From an uncultured Verrucomicrobiota bacterium (GTDB lineage Bacteria; Verrucomicrobiota; Verrucomicrobiia; Limisphaerales; SXQI01): a stretch of 64,000 nucleotides of DNA. The stretch spans positions 19,034-83,033 of the forward strand of contig CAZMKE010000019.1 of the NCBI GenBank assembly GCA_964566945.1, read 5' to 3'. The number at the start of each line of letters is the position of its first letter. Position 1 is the first letter of the stretch. A program made the position numbers and the translations under genes. The notes under the pieces were generated by a model that had not been told where the DNA came from, did not search any database, and worked only from the letters and a program-made list of their open reading frames with translations. Below, piece by piece: positions 27,601-36,224 of the stretch.

Positions 27601-29952
27601 ATCAATAACCTGAGAGATGAAGGGGGATGCTGGCCAGAACCAGTAAGCGATGGCCCCTTTTCGCTCGGCCGGTATCGCGACCGCGATGTAATACGTTGTG
27701 CCTGGTTCCGTAGACCAGGTAAGCCCACCCTTTCCCTTTTTGACAACTTGCAGGTCCTCTAGCCTGTCCCCAGTGTAGACCGCGATGGTTGCATCCGCGA
27801 TGGTCCCCCTGGGATCCAGAAAGAACGAGAGAACAGATGGACCGACATCGGCGGGGGAATCGCAACGCCACCAAAGACTTTTTTCGCCAGGCGCTTCATG
27901 AGTGGGCTCTCCCGGCTCGCTGGTGGCGTTGTCGAAAGACATGAGATTAAAAAGCGTCATGTCTGTATCGGGATCCAACTCCAAAGGGCGAGACATGCTC
28001 CAAAAAGGCAATATGGTCGCATTGGCGAAAGCGTCGTTTGTCGAGAGGCTCGAAGATCGGGTTTCGACCAATATCTGGATATGACTGGAAAGAGAATTGG
28101 TTGTGTCTACCTGAATGTAGTAGCGCTCCCCTGCTTGGATGGAAAAGATGTGATCGTCTGGCGACCAATGGCCAGGCGCCAGGCGGGGAACCGGCTTAAG
28201 GCTGTCAAGGCCAGAGCCTTGATAAATTTGCCTCCTTAGGTTCGCCATCCCGCCCGTCGGAGTTGAGTCGAGAAAGGATGCGGTGGCGTAACCGTCGTAG
28301 GGAGCCTCGAGAACGAACCAGTGAGTTCGGCCAAGCACTTCGTCGGACACCAGAGGCTCGCCGGGCTGATAGGTTGAGGCAAAGTTGAAACTTTCCGCAA
28401 AAAAATTACGCGTCAGAGGTGAGCCAGGCCGCCAGTAAGGAGCTAGGGGAATGGCGTTTTGGAAGTCGTCATTCGACCACTTCGGGTAGAAGGAAAGTCG
28501 ACAGGCCGGAAAATCCGATCGAACTTGAAGGTAATAGGTTTCACCTCCGTTCAGAGGCGTCTCGGTTTGGGGGCCGCAACCCAGAAGACGCAGGTTCTTG
28601 AGAGTGGTTCCCTTGTAAACTGCGTGGACGCCGCCACTTGCGGATAGGATTCCGGATTCAGGTGAGGTGTACGTCCACCAGAGAGTTCCTCCGTCTGGAA
28701 AGCAATCGGGCGCTGGCTCATCGGGCTCTCTCGATTCCGAGGGAACGAATAGTTCAAGCAGATTGTCCCCGGGCACCAACGGGATTGCATTGGCGAACTG
28801 ATCGTTGGACCCAACCAAGGTCAACTTGAATGGACCGACAGCACTGACCTGCACGTAGCAGGTTTGCCCGGGTATGGGAGTTGTTATCGGTGTCAGGTCC
28901 GTCAAAGAACTGCCGGAGAAGTAGCGCAAGAAAAAAGTCCCGGACTGATTCTGAACACGGGTGGGAATGAAGGTCGGCGTCCAGCGGTACCAAACAGAAG
29001 CGGAGTCGAAGGCGCCGCCGCCCGGTTCATTCGGCTCGATGGTCGAGCCGAGGCCGTTACCGCTGATGGTTACGCTGCCATCGCCTTCCAGCAGTTCTGT
29101 CGCGTCAGAAAAGTCATCGTTTACGGGCTTCCCGGCGGGCCCTATTGGGTTTACACGAAGGGTGAAATTGAATTGGTCTCCTATGACCGCGCTTCCGTAG
29201 ACGCCGATGTAGTAATAAGCGCCGGCCGTGACGACGGTGATCTCGTTGTCGCGGCTTAGGATGTGGATATTATCAGGGAAGGCGCCACCGGCGAAGGCAA
29301 ACCAAACACTGGGAAGGGCACCGTCGCCACTGATTTGGACGATTCCCGACTGGCTCGGCTGCCACCGGAACCAGACCGATCCCCCGGCGGCGTTGGGGTT
29401 GTGAGGCTCGTGGAAGTCGTAGGTGGCTCCCAGGGTGGTTCCGGTCACTGTGAGCACCCCGTTCGTTTCGGTGAGGAACTTAGCGTGGTCAAATCTGTCA
29501 TTTTCAGGAGGGGCGATTGACTCGCCGACCTGCAGATTGAAGGCTCCACTGTCAACCGGGCCGAAAACTCCAATGTACAACGCGTCACCTGCGGCCACTA
29601 ATGGAGCGTCTCCATCACGGGCCACCAGATCAAGGGTTCTCACGCTGGGTTCGGCCGTGGCTCGAAATAGCCAGCAACTGAAGCCGCCTGAGACGATGCA
29701 AGAGATGTTGCCGGCGGTTGGCGCAACCCACTTGTACCAAACCGAAGAAACGCCCTTGGGGTTGTAGGGCTCTCCAGATTCGCGAGTGGCTCCAAAAAGA
29801 GTGCCGGTGAGTGTAGTTGTGTTCTGGTCAACGCTGGCTATCTGGATGGCATTCGAGAAATTGTCGTTCGGCGGCCGCTCTGGAGAAGCGAAGAGCGTTA
29901 TGGCGCACAGAGTCTGAAGATGAATCGCCAGAAATCGGTAAAAATCTTTCAT
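24655..29952 (-). CDS. Giant secreted surface/adhesin-like protein (1765 aa): 6 N-terminal 'NDxFxNA...EP...SVWY.W' domains + 11 Ig-like 'QTIxF...SSGLPV' repeats + C-terminal FYR module
   Basis: Signal peptide MKDFYRFLAIHLQTLCAITLFA. Six domains start at NDNFSNAIQI, ENDRFDHAKFL, VNDDFSDATEL, SNDQFANAIPL, SNDDFQNAIPL and TNDAFANATIL. Eleven ~90-aa repeats follow, for example QTIEFDLPEEIPAMGDPIQLHAVNSAGTQLTFTVISGPG...GNALFAPA. It ends ...DGPWEPV...PSKFFRLYRSD. Confidence 0.85.
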   Translation of the reverse strand: MKDFYRFLAIHLQTLCAITLFASPERPPNDNFSNAIQIASVDQNTTTLTGTLFGATRESGEPYNPKGVSSVWYKWVAPTAGNISCIVSGGFSCWLFRATAEPSVRTLDLVARDGDAPLVAAGDALYIGVFGPVDSGAFNLQVGESIAPPENDRFDHAKFLTETNGVLTVTGTTLGATYDFHEPHNPNAAGGSVWFRWQPSQSGIVQISGDGALPSVWFAFAGGAFPDNIHILSRDNEITVVTAGAYYYIGVYGSAVIGDQFNFTLRVNPIGPAGKPVNDDFSDATELLEGDGSVTISGNGLGSTIEPNEPGGGAFDSASVWYRWTPTFIPTRVQNQSGTFFLRYFSGSSLTDLTPITTPIPGQTCYVQVSAVGPFKLTLVGSNDQFANAIPLVPGDNLLELFVPSESREPDEPAPDCFPDGGTLWWTYTSPESGILSASGGVHAVYKGTTLKNLRLLGCGPQTETPLNGGETYYLQVRSDFPACRLSFYPKWSNDDFQNAIPLAPYWRPGSPLTRNFFAESFNFASTYQPGEPLVSDEVLGRTHWFVLEAPYDGYATASFLDSTPTGGMANLRRQIYQGSGLDSLKPVPRLAPGHWSPDDHIFSIQAGERYYIQVDTTNSLSSHIQILVETRSSSLSTNDAFANATILPFWSMSRPLELDPDTDMTLFNLMSFDNATSEPGEPTHEAPGEKSLWWRCDSPADVGPSVLSFFLDPRGTIADATIAVYTGDRLEDLQVVKKGKGGLTWSTEPGTTYYIAVAIPAERKGAIAYWFWPASPFISQVIDFPAIPDLPLYTAPIELHATTGSGNPPAFAVSFGPATVSGNLLTVTGAGEIGVTAFEQESDPLTPGAVFRTFNVLAAPEARMPQTIEFDLPEEIPAMGDPIQLHAVNSAGTQLTFTVISGPGSIELNELIAYDSGDIVVRASALGNALFAPAAVERVIRAKTASAIEFALIPDTAYGSGPVTVNAVASSGLPVTFEVESGPAVVTGNAVQLLGVGTVTIAAIDGGDASHAPARVTRSFNVQRAAQTIQFDAVAPSSMTITLHAQASSGLVVSFQVIEGPGTLNGNDLEILGKGPITVQAAQSGNANFLPALSVLQTVIGERIEQTIDFPPLPDIDLAAPSPSSLHSFAALQGAPPRATAPLSAASSSTLPVSFSLRSGPAELQDNVLYVNGPGEIVVDALQSGDNVFAPAFAEQRFTARTVKAQQTIAFAPLPALRFAGEPVEPIALATSGLPVRFEVLSGPAIYNGVVLIPQSPGLVLLRAIQDGNDQFQAAAADQAIVISKGLQTIAFHQTSVLRLGAGSVQLSASANSGLPIRFEIQGPGLLNGTTLTPTAAGILQIKAVQDGNDDFEAASLDEVLTVQKASQLLEFLPIPDLTLGAEPILLSARASSGLPVVLQILQGSASIQGSVLTALAAGPVTVRAVQRGNDTFEPAPDMEQTFVIRRPQTIEFSPPPALVFGAGPIRLVAQTSSELAATFSILSGPGVLQNDQLTITGAGEIIVSAAQSGDGVFGPAPVVQRTIHVDKAPQSVRFPHAPILAYGSPPVALSASASSGLPVKFDVIAGPASVEGQVFKALGAGMATLKISQPGDDNFLPASPIFDSFLIAKAEQSIQLDSPEKVFSYNGPFPLNAIASSALPVTIRVIAGPGELRNNLLQPTGPGTVTIAAEQPGDANFNSAPKVERVIKVLGPPQIKVIATSAALSIAWEADHQGFELQAAQTADGPWEPVPADPNESDFQSPLEMISVRTDGPSKFFRLYRSD

Positions 29953-30128
29953 AGAGGCTTTGCCTAACCTGAGCTGCCTGATGGGTTATGTTTTCATAAT
30001 GGCTAGCGAGGAGCAAGACGGATTTCGCTTGCGGAAATTGCCGACGGGCCGACGAATTACGGGCGGGGTTGATCCGGTTGGTGATCGCGGCTGCGGCGAA
30101 AGCATCGAATCAGCGCAGAAGGCCCGAA

Positions 30129-32078
30129 CTACTGGACTTTCCAGTCGTCATCGAAAAACCCGGCGTCGACGACGCGGCCGGGCCATTTGAGGGACGGAGC
30201 GACGCGCAGATCGATGAGGGCCCAGTCCGGCAGCTTCGGCGTTTGGAGGGAATTGGAGGTGGTGCTTCCCTCGCGAAAGGTGAATCCGCTGTTCAGCACC
30301 ACGTAACGGGCCGGATTGAGCGGATTCGGGAAGATCAGGATGGGCGCATGGTCGCGCGCGCTTACGGTGTTTGAGCCCAGGGTCAACTGATCCCGGGTCC
30401 ATTGGAGAGGAAGGCCCGGGAGGATTTTGGCCAGGAGGCCGTTCGAGCCCGGATCGCCCCAGAGCACCAGATTGTTCCGGGCGAGATCGTCGGGGGTAAT
30501 CTCGCGGTCCGTTTTCACGCGCGCGTCACCGCGGCAGACCCGACGCCATTCCCGCACGGCCCGTTCCAATTCGCTTGCACTCCAGGCCCCGGGGTTTTCA
30601 TTCCAGGCCGGGCCGGTCGGACGCACAAAGATAAAAGCGTCCATAAAGGCGTCGTCGATCGGGCCGGTGAGGCCAGGCCGCTTGGCCAAGGCCGGGCCGG
30701 GACCGGACTCACCGGGCCAGGCTTCCCAGTGTCCGCCGCGGCGACGGAAGCTGCCCGAGGCCGGAGCGGTGATATTTTCCCCATCGATCATTACGGTTTT
30801 GGGATTCGCCGGCAGGTTCACGGTGAACGCGGCCACGTTGACCGTTTTCACCCGCAGAGCGTCCTCACCCAAATCCGCATCCACTTCGGCTCGCTCCCAA
30901 TGCCTTTGCAGCCGATCGAGGGTGATCCAATCCCTCTGATGGTAACGGAGGGTGTAGGTGACAAAGCGGAGGTGGCGGGGCGCCGGGTCGCGTCCTTTGG
31001 CAACGAGCGCATCGAGGCGTTGGGAGAGGATTTTTTTCGTTTCCGGCTCGTACTTGTGGGCCGTGTTCGGCCCGATCAGACGCTCGAGGTTCAGGCCCTC
31101 GCGCATCATCGCCTCCTGCATGATGTCGGCCGATTGCTTTTGCGGATCGATCTCGCCGCTGTAAGCAATCATCGGAAGATTCGCGAAATTCGCAGCCGAA
31201 GCGGTGGCGTCATAAAGCCGCCAGAGTTTCTGCTCCCAGGAGGGAGGAGGTTCCTGGTGGCCGGCAAAAACCTTCGCGTAAACCGCGGTCTCGGCAAAGC
31301 CGGCTCCCGCGGAGGCGGCGCTCCAAAGGCCGGGATAATGCGCGGCCAGGTGCCAGGCGCTGGCGCCCCCCATGGAAAAGCCGAGCTCGGCGAGGCGATT
31401 GGTGTCGATCCGGTAGCGGCGCTTCACATCGTCCAAGGCCTCAAAGGCGTCGATTTCTCCCGCGAATTTGCTGGCGTTGCAGTAACGCCCATATAAATGC
31501 AGCTCGAAAGCATTCGACGGGGCAAATTCCCGACCGCCCCGGAGCTGGCCCGCGATGAATGCCACCTCCGAAAGCGTATCGTTCCGCCCATGAAACCAGA
31601 GATAAAGCGGCCGGGCCTGGCTTTCATCCGGCTTCCAGCCGGCCGGAATTCTCAGGCCGTAAGGTTGAACCGAATCGTCGATCCTGGAGCGATAGGCCAG
31701 CAGTACCGTCCCCTGCGAGGCGGGCCAGGACGCTCGCGAGGCCCGAAGCTCCGCAGCGCGTGCAAGCCCCATCGTCAGCTGGGCTTTGGCCGCCGGAAAC
31801 TCGGCTGGCTTGAAGAATTCGTCATACGTGAGCGCGTCGTGCGCCGCCTTGTAGAAAATCTGGACATCCGGCAGCAGTGCGGCAACGGCCGGATCGTTTG
31901 GGGCGGCCGCGCGCAAATTCGCGATCTCCAGACCGAGGCTCTCCAGGCGCGAGTTCAGCTCCTGGCGTTCGGCGTCCGGAACCGGAATGCCCGGCGGCGG
32001 GGCCTGTTTGACGGTCGGAGTCGCCTGGCCGTAAAGCGAGAGCGCAGCGAAGCTCACCAGAAACAAACGGCAGATCAT
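30129..32078 (-). CDS. Secreted alpha/beta-hydrolase (prolyl-oligopeptidase/esterase-like serine hydrolase)
   Basis: Trimmed to the ATG at 32078 (MICRLFLVSFAALSLYGQ, a signal peptide). The nucleophile elbow is GFSMGGASAWHLAAHYPGLW. The N-terminal 48 aa of the track ORF lie across a repeat element and are unlikely to be translated. Confidence 0.8.
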   Translation of the reverse strand: MICRLFLVSFAALSLYGQATPTVKQAPPPGIPVPDAERQELNSRLESLGLEIANLRAAAPNDPAVAALLPDVQIFYKAAHDALTYDEFFKPAEFPAAKAQLTMGLARAAELRASRASWPASQGTVLLAYRSRIDDSVQPYGLRIPAGWKPDESQARPLYLWFHGRNDTLSEVAFIAGQLRGGREFAPSNAFELHLYGRYCNASKFAGEIDAFEALDDVKRRYRIDTNRLAELGFSMGGASAWHLAAHYPGLWSAASAGAGFAETAVYAKVFAGHQEPPPSWEQKLWRLYDATASAANFANLPMIAYSGEIDPQKQSADIMQEAMMREGLNLERLIGPNTAHKYEPETKKILSQRLDALVAKGRDPAPRHLRFVTYTLRYHQRDWITLDRLQRHWERAEVDADLGEDALRVKTVNVAAFTVNLPANPKTVMIDGENITAPASGSFRRRGGHWEAWPGESGPGPALAKRPGLTGPIDDAFMDAFIFVRPTGPAWNENPGAWSASELERAVREWRRVCRGDARVKTDREITPDDLARNNLVLWGDPGSNGLLAKILPGLPLQWTRDQLTLGSNTVSARDHAPILIFPNPLNPARYVVLNSGFTFREGSTTSNSLQTPKLPDWALIDLRVAPSLKWPGRVVDAGFFDDDWKVQ

Positions 32079-32138
32079 GCTCCCCAGCCTAGCGCAAATG
32101 CGGTCTGTTTTGGCAAAAGAAAAGTTGATTCCGCCCCA

Positions 32139-32230
32139 GGAGCCTGTTGACCTATTGCCACCGGCCGCCTTGAAGCCCTTTTCGGATAAGGCAGCGTCAC
32201 TCGGCATGCGCCAATCATTCAACAGGCTCC
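32139..32230. repeat. MITE-like inverted-repeat element, copy A (92 bp)
   Basis: The termini GGAGCCTGTTGA ... TCAACAGGCTCC form a perfect 12-bp inverted repeat, extendable imperfectly to ~20 bp. The interior ctattgccaccggccgccttgaagcccttttcggat..ggcagcgtcactc is shared with 36224..36386. Confidence 0.7.
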
Positions 32231-32265
32231 TCTAGAGAGGAAGGCGAACGGTTCGACCCAAAGGC

Positions 32266-32658
32266 TCAAAACTTTCCAGCGACGACGATGTCGCCGCCGG
32301 CATTGGTGATTCCCACCAGGGCGCCAGGAGCAATCTCGGGGTCGGTGGATGAGCCGCCTCGTTTTCGATCGAACTGCCCCTGGCCGGCGGCATCCAGCTT
32401 GAGGAGGCCGGCTTCCGTGTCGTTCACCCAAACTCTCAGGGTTGAGTTCGCCAGGAAGCGCGCTTCCACCTCGACTCGGAACTCTTGTTCGCCGCGGTGA
32501 TGGCGGATCTTGGCCATTCCCCGGGCGCCGTGGAAGCCTGGGCCGGACAGCAGCGGGATCTCCTTCTCAGTGAAGCCGGAGAGGCAGCCGGCCGGCGAAG
32601 CTCCAAAGCTCGTTGCGATCAGCAGAAGAACGATGCCACCGGCAGATTTCGCAGTCAT
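32266..32658 (-). CDS. Small secreted (possibly lipo-)protein, hypothetical
   Basis: 130 aa with GAGGA 5 nt upstream of the ATG. Signal peptide GGIVLLLIATSFGASPAGC. The C-terminal segment ALVGITNAGGDIVVAGKF resembles the end of the upstream gene product (VLVTDVSGNIIFAGN). Confidence 0.6.
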   Translation of the reverse strand: MTAKSAGGIVLLLIATSFGASPAGCLSGFTEKEIPLLSGPGFHGARGMAKIRHHRGEQEFRVEVEARFLANSTLRVWVNDTEAGLLKLDAAGQGQFDRKRGGSSTDPEIAPGALVGITNAGGDIVVAGKF

Positions 32659-32733
32659 ATTCTTCCTCGGAAGCAGGAAGCGCGCGTCCGGATCGAACGC
32701 GCGCCCCGCGGGTTCAGTTTCGCGAGTCCCCGG

Positions 32734-33312
32734 TTAATTTCCGGCGAAGATGATGTTGCCCGAAACGTCGGTGACCAGGACGCCCGTAATGGTGGTGCCC
32801 AGGGTCACGTAGGCGCTGTACGAGGCTGTTCCGCTCTGCGTGACAATGGCCAGGGCGTTGCCGGTGAACGGATAGATCGTTCCGCCCACGCCCACGATGC
32901 TCACATAGAGGATGGTTCCGTCCGGCACGTTCACCGAACTCGCATTCAGGTTCACGGTCCAGAGGGACAAGGTGGGGTAGTACGGATCGACGTGATACGA
33001 ACCAGCGCAGACCGGCAGGACGCCGCCGATCGGCCCGGACGCACTGAACGTCAAGGTAGCGGAGACAATGGGCTGCGGCGCGGGCGCAGGTGCAGGGGCC
33101 GGAGCGGGCGTGGGAGCCGGGGTCGTGCTTCCGCCACCGCCGCCGCTGCCGCCCCCACTTCCGCCACCGCTGTTCACTCCGCTCTTGCTGGTGCCCGGAA
33201 TCGGATCGGTAGTGCCGCCTTTCGCCAGCGTTGAGGGCAGCGTAAAGCTCATCGTTAAGGCCGCGACCAGAGCCGCCATGAAGAACCGGGAGATGCGTGA
33301 ATTTGGAGTCAT
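32734..33312 (-). CDS. Small secreted protein with a Gly/Ser + (Ala-Pro)n linker and a beta-rich C-terminal domain, hypothetical
   Basis: 192 aa with a signal peptide ISRFFMAALVAALTMSFTLPSTLA. The linker is SGGGSGGGSGGGGGSTTPAPTPAPAPAPAPAP. A sigma54-type promoter lies upstream. Confidence 0.65.
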   Translation of the reverse strand: MTPNSRISRFFMAALVAALTMSFTLPSTLAKGGTTDPIPGTSKSGVNSGGGSGGGSGGGGGSTTPAPTPAPAPAPAPAPQPIVSATLTFSASGPIGGVLPVCAGSYHVDPYYPTLSLWTVNLNASSVNVPDGTILYVSIVGVGGTIYPFTGNALAIVTQSGTASYSAYVTLGTTITGVLVTDVSGNIIFAGN

Positions 33313-33398
33313 AGGATATTGTTCGTTTAATCTTTCTCGTTACGGTCCCGGTTTCGTGACGCCACGTTTGTTCCGGCCCGCGTTACGGACGGACCTTT

Positions 33399-33414
33399 AG
33401 CAATGGGAATGCCA
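33399..33414 (-). promoter_or_regulatory. Sigma54 (-24/-12) promoter for 32734..33312 (and probably 32266..32658)
   Basis: The minus strand reads cTGGCATtcccaTTGCTa. This has the canonical GG-N10-GC spacing and closely matches the consensus TGGCAC-N5-TTGCW. It sits ~87 nt upstream of the ATG at 33312, in the correct orientation and in an intergenic region. Confidence 0.6.
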
Positions 33415-33487
33415 GGCGGCCCCGAGGCCTGAAAACATTGGGTTTTTGAACCAAAGTCACTTTCCCGGGCGCCCAACCGGATCCCGG

Positions 33488-33507
33488 GTGTTCCGGGTTC
33501 GGAACAC
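33488..33507. promoter_or_regulatory. Perfect palindrome GTGTTCC-N6-GGAACAC; candidate enhancer (UAS) for the sigma54 activator
   Basis: It lies between the two divergent sigma54 promoters, ~75 bp from the minus-strand -24 element and ~165 bp from the plus-strand one. An extra TGTTCC half-site occurs at 33521..33526. The same GTTCC/GGAAC half-sites recur at 41526..41565. Confidence 0.5.
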
Positions 33508-33672
33508 GAACGGGCCGGACTGTTCCGAATCCGGCGCAAGGGTCCGACCGGCCGCCCGCGAATTCACGGAACTGAATCGAAGGGCCGAACCTCGCATCTG
33601 TAGTGCTCTGGGGTGCTTTTGCCCGTTTGGCCGCCGGCGCGCATCATTTCCGGGCAAAGAATTTCAAGGCGG

Positions 33673-33688
33673 TGGCACGAGCGGTGCT
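33673..33688 (+). promoter_or_regulatory. Sigma54 (-24/-12) promoter for 33717..36224
   Basis: gTGGCACGagcgGTGCTt has canonical GG-N10-GC spacing and a TGGCACG -24 box. It ends 29 nt upstream of the ATG at 33717. Confidence 0.65.
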
Positions 33689-33716
33689 TTAATTTGATCG
33701 CTCTGAGCGGACGACT

Positions 33717-36224
33717 ATGAAGCGACCTTGGTCACTGATTGCGAAGAAATGGTTTCTTGGCCTTTTCTGCGCACTGGCTTTCAGCCGCGCGCCCGCCTGC
33801 GCGGCGACGCTGGCGGACATGTTTTCCGATCGGCAAACGGTTACGGACGGGAACGGCGCGATCGCCGGTGACAATCTCAACGCCACCGCCGAACCGAAGG
33901 AACCGGCCCACGGAGGCAAGCCGGCGAGCCACTCGATGTGGGTCGCGTGGATTGCGCCCTACGACGGGATCGTGACCTTCAGCACGGACGGGAGCTCGTA
34001 TGATACCACCCTCGCGGCTTACACCCTTGATCCAGGGACCAAACCCGCGATGGAACGCCTGCGGGTGGCGGCGCAAAACGACAACGCGACCCGGGATATT
34101 TCAACCAGCTTGATTCAGTTTGGCGTGACCGCCGGGACAGAATACGAAATCGCAGTGGATGGAGCGAACGGCGCCACGGGCCTCATCCAATTGACCTACA
34201 ATTTCGTGGCTTCAAGCGATCCCCCTGCCATCATCCTGAGCGTGCCGCCGGATCATTCGCTGCGCTTTGGAGACACCCTGACCCTCTCCGTCGCCTTTCA
34301 AACCAGCAAATCGGTCCACCTGGCCTGGTTCTTCAATGATGTGGAAATCCTGAACAGCGACACGCCCACGCTGACTATCCCGAACTTTCAAGCCGAGAAC
34401 GCCGGCCTGTACAAACTGCGCATCACGGCCGGGGCGGTGCGGATGTTCACCAATCCGATCGAAATCCAGATCAATTCGGAAGGCTTAACGGCGACACTGG
34501 CGCGAAACCACTTGTTCGATGCGCTCAACTCCAAGCTTGATGATCACGGGCAGGATCCGCCGCCCGCGGCACCCGGCCGGCTCCGGGCGCTCGCCATCGG
34601 CGTGACGCGCGGCTACAACGGCTCGCAGGTTTTCAACACCGTCTTTGCCGATCTGGACCCAAACGAGCCCGCGCATTGCGGCGTGACGGGCGGGGCCTCG
34701 TACTGGCTGGCCTACGTGGCCCCCGCCAGTGGCGTGGCGCACGTCGACACGGCCGGAAGCGCGTTTGACACGGTCCTGGCGGTTTATACCCACAACGGCC
34801 CGCTCACCGGCTATCCGGACCTGATCCCGGTCAGTTGCGACGACAATTCAGGGCCGGATGGCCGGACGAGCGCGCTCCGTTTCAACGCCCTGGCCGGCCG
34901 GGAGTATTTGATCGTGGTAGATGGGGTCGCAGGAGCGCGCGGGATTGCCTACATCAATTATCATTTGCAGGCCGCGCCAGCGGGTGTCGCGCCCACGATC
35001 ACGCAACAGCCCGCCTCGCAAACCATCGCGCTTGGAGGTTCGACCGCTTTCACCGTAGTCGCAGCCGGGGACGCTCCGCTGAGTTACGCGTGGAGTTTTC
35101 AGAATGCTCCGCTGCCCGGGCAGACAGGCAATTCTCTTCCGATCTCCAACGCCCAACTGGCGCAGAGCGGCGATTACTCCGTCGTCGTCTCGAACCCGTT
35201 TGGCACGGTCCAGAGCGTGACGGCTGCGTTGACCGTCGTGCCGCTCCCGACGGTAAGCGCCCTGCCCGCCAGCGTGGTCAAATTCGCGGGCGAAAGCCTC
35301 TCCCTGGCCCCCGTCGCGACCGGTGTGATGATCACCGGCTTTCAGTGGCTCAAAGATGGCGCAGCGCTGGGAGGGCAGAACACGCCGCAGCTGGATATTC
35401 CGAGCCTGGCCACGGCCGACGCCGGGATCTACTCCCTCGTGGTTTCCAATGTCGCCGGCGCCGTTCAATCCGATCCGGTGACGGTGACCGTCCTTGCAGC
35501 CGATCCACCGATCATTAGCGGTCCGCCAGCCTCCCAGGCCGCGCCGGCTGGCTCGCCCGTGACTTTCCAGGTGACGGCGGGTGGCACTCCGCCCTTGAGC
35601 TACGCCTGGATGTTTCAAGGCGCGGTGATGGCGGGCCAGACTCAGCCCATCCTGACGATTCCCAGCGTCGGCCCGGCCGATGAGGGAACCTATATAGTGG
35701 CAGTGTCCAACCGGTTCGGCCAGGTGAGCGCCACGGCCACCCTGACGGTGGTCATTCCCCCTGCGCTCGGGACGGTCCCAACGACGATATCAAAACTGCT
35801 CGGCAGCACGCTGACGCTGCCAGTCGAGGCCAGCGGGACTGCGCCGCTCGTCTTTGCCTGGAAAAGAAATGACGTTGTCCTGACGAACCAGGCGGGCGCC
35901 TCTCTCTATCTTCCCAACCTGACCCTGGAAGACAGCGGCAATTACCAACTGGAAGTCTCGAACGCCGCCGGGTCGGCGGTGACTGGCCTGATTGCGTTGC
36001 AGGTGTTTCCCCCGCAGATCGCCATCCTGCCCAGCGGCGCCGGCCTGATCCTTCAATTCCCGGTCGAGCCCGGGTTGCATTACCGGATTGAAGAGAGCCG
36101 TTCGCTCGGTGACGGAGCGTGGACGCTGGCGCAGGAAGGGATTGGCCTGGCCAGCGCGTTGATTTCGGTAACGAATTCGCCCGGGGCGGCGAAAACGATT
36201 TTCTATCGCGCCGCCTACCGTTAG
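33717..36224 (+). CDS. Secreted protein with 2 'EP..H...W.A(P)..G' N-domains, 5 immunoglobulin (I-set-like) domains and a C-terminal FYR module
   Basis: Signal peptide MKRPWSLIAKKWFLGLFCALAFSRAPACA. The Ig repeats look like PTITQQPASQTIALGGSTAFTVVAAGDAPLSYAWSF...SGDYSVVVSNPFGTV (4 close copies plus 1 divergent). It ends ...GDGAWTL...KTIFYRAAYR. Confidence 0.85.
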   Translation: MKRPWSLIAKKWFLGLFCALAFSRAPACAATLADMFSDRQTVTDGNGAIAGDNLNATAEPKEPAHGGKPASHSMWVAWIAPYDGIVTFSTDGSSYDTTLAAYTLDPGTKPAMERLRVAAQNDNATRDISTSLIQFGVTAGTEYEIAVDGANGATGLIQLTYNFVASSDPPAIILSVPPDHSLRFGDTLTLSVAFQTSKSVHLAWFFNDVEILNSDTPTLTIPNFQAENAGLYKLRITAGAVRMFTNPIEIQINSEGLTATLARNHLFDALNSKLDDHGQDPPPAAPGRLRALAIGVTRGYNGSQVFNTVFADLDPNEPAHCGVTGGASYWLAYVAPASGVAHVDTAGSAFDTVLAVYTHNGPLTGYPDLIPVSCDDNSGPDGRTSALRFNALAGREYLIVVDGVAGARGIAYINYHLQAAPAGVAPTITQQPASQTIALGGSTAFTVVAAGDAPLSYAWSFQNAPLPGQTGNSLPISNAQLAQSGDYSVVVSNPFGTVQSVTAALTVVPLPTVSALPASVVKFAGESLSLAPVATGVMITGFQWLKDGAALGGQNTPQLDIPSLATADAGIYSLVVSNVAGAVQSDPVTVTVLAADPPIISGPPASQAAPAGSPVTFQVTAGGTPPLSYAWMFQGAVMAGQTQPILTIPSVGPADEGTYIVAVSNRFGQVSATATLTVVIPPALGTVPTTISKLLGSTLTLPVEASGTAPLVFAWKRNDVVLTNQAGASLYLPNLTLEDSGNYQLEVSNAAGSAVTGLIALQVFPPQIAILPSGAGLILQFPVEPGLHYRIEESRSLGDGAWTLAQEGIGLASALISVTNSPGAAKTIFYRAAYR

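Noticed and set aside
33073-33171. A highly repetitive GC-rich tract (ggcgg/gccgg repeats) that looks like a tandem DNA repeat.
   Set aside because: It is in frame inside 32734..33312 and encodes the (GGGS)n and (AP)n linker. It is low-complexity coding sequence, not a CRISPR array or a non-coding tandem repeat.
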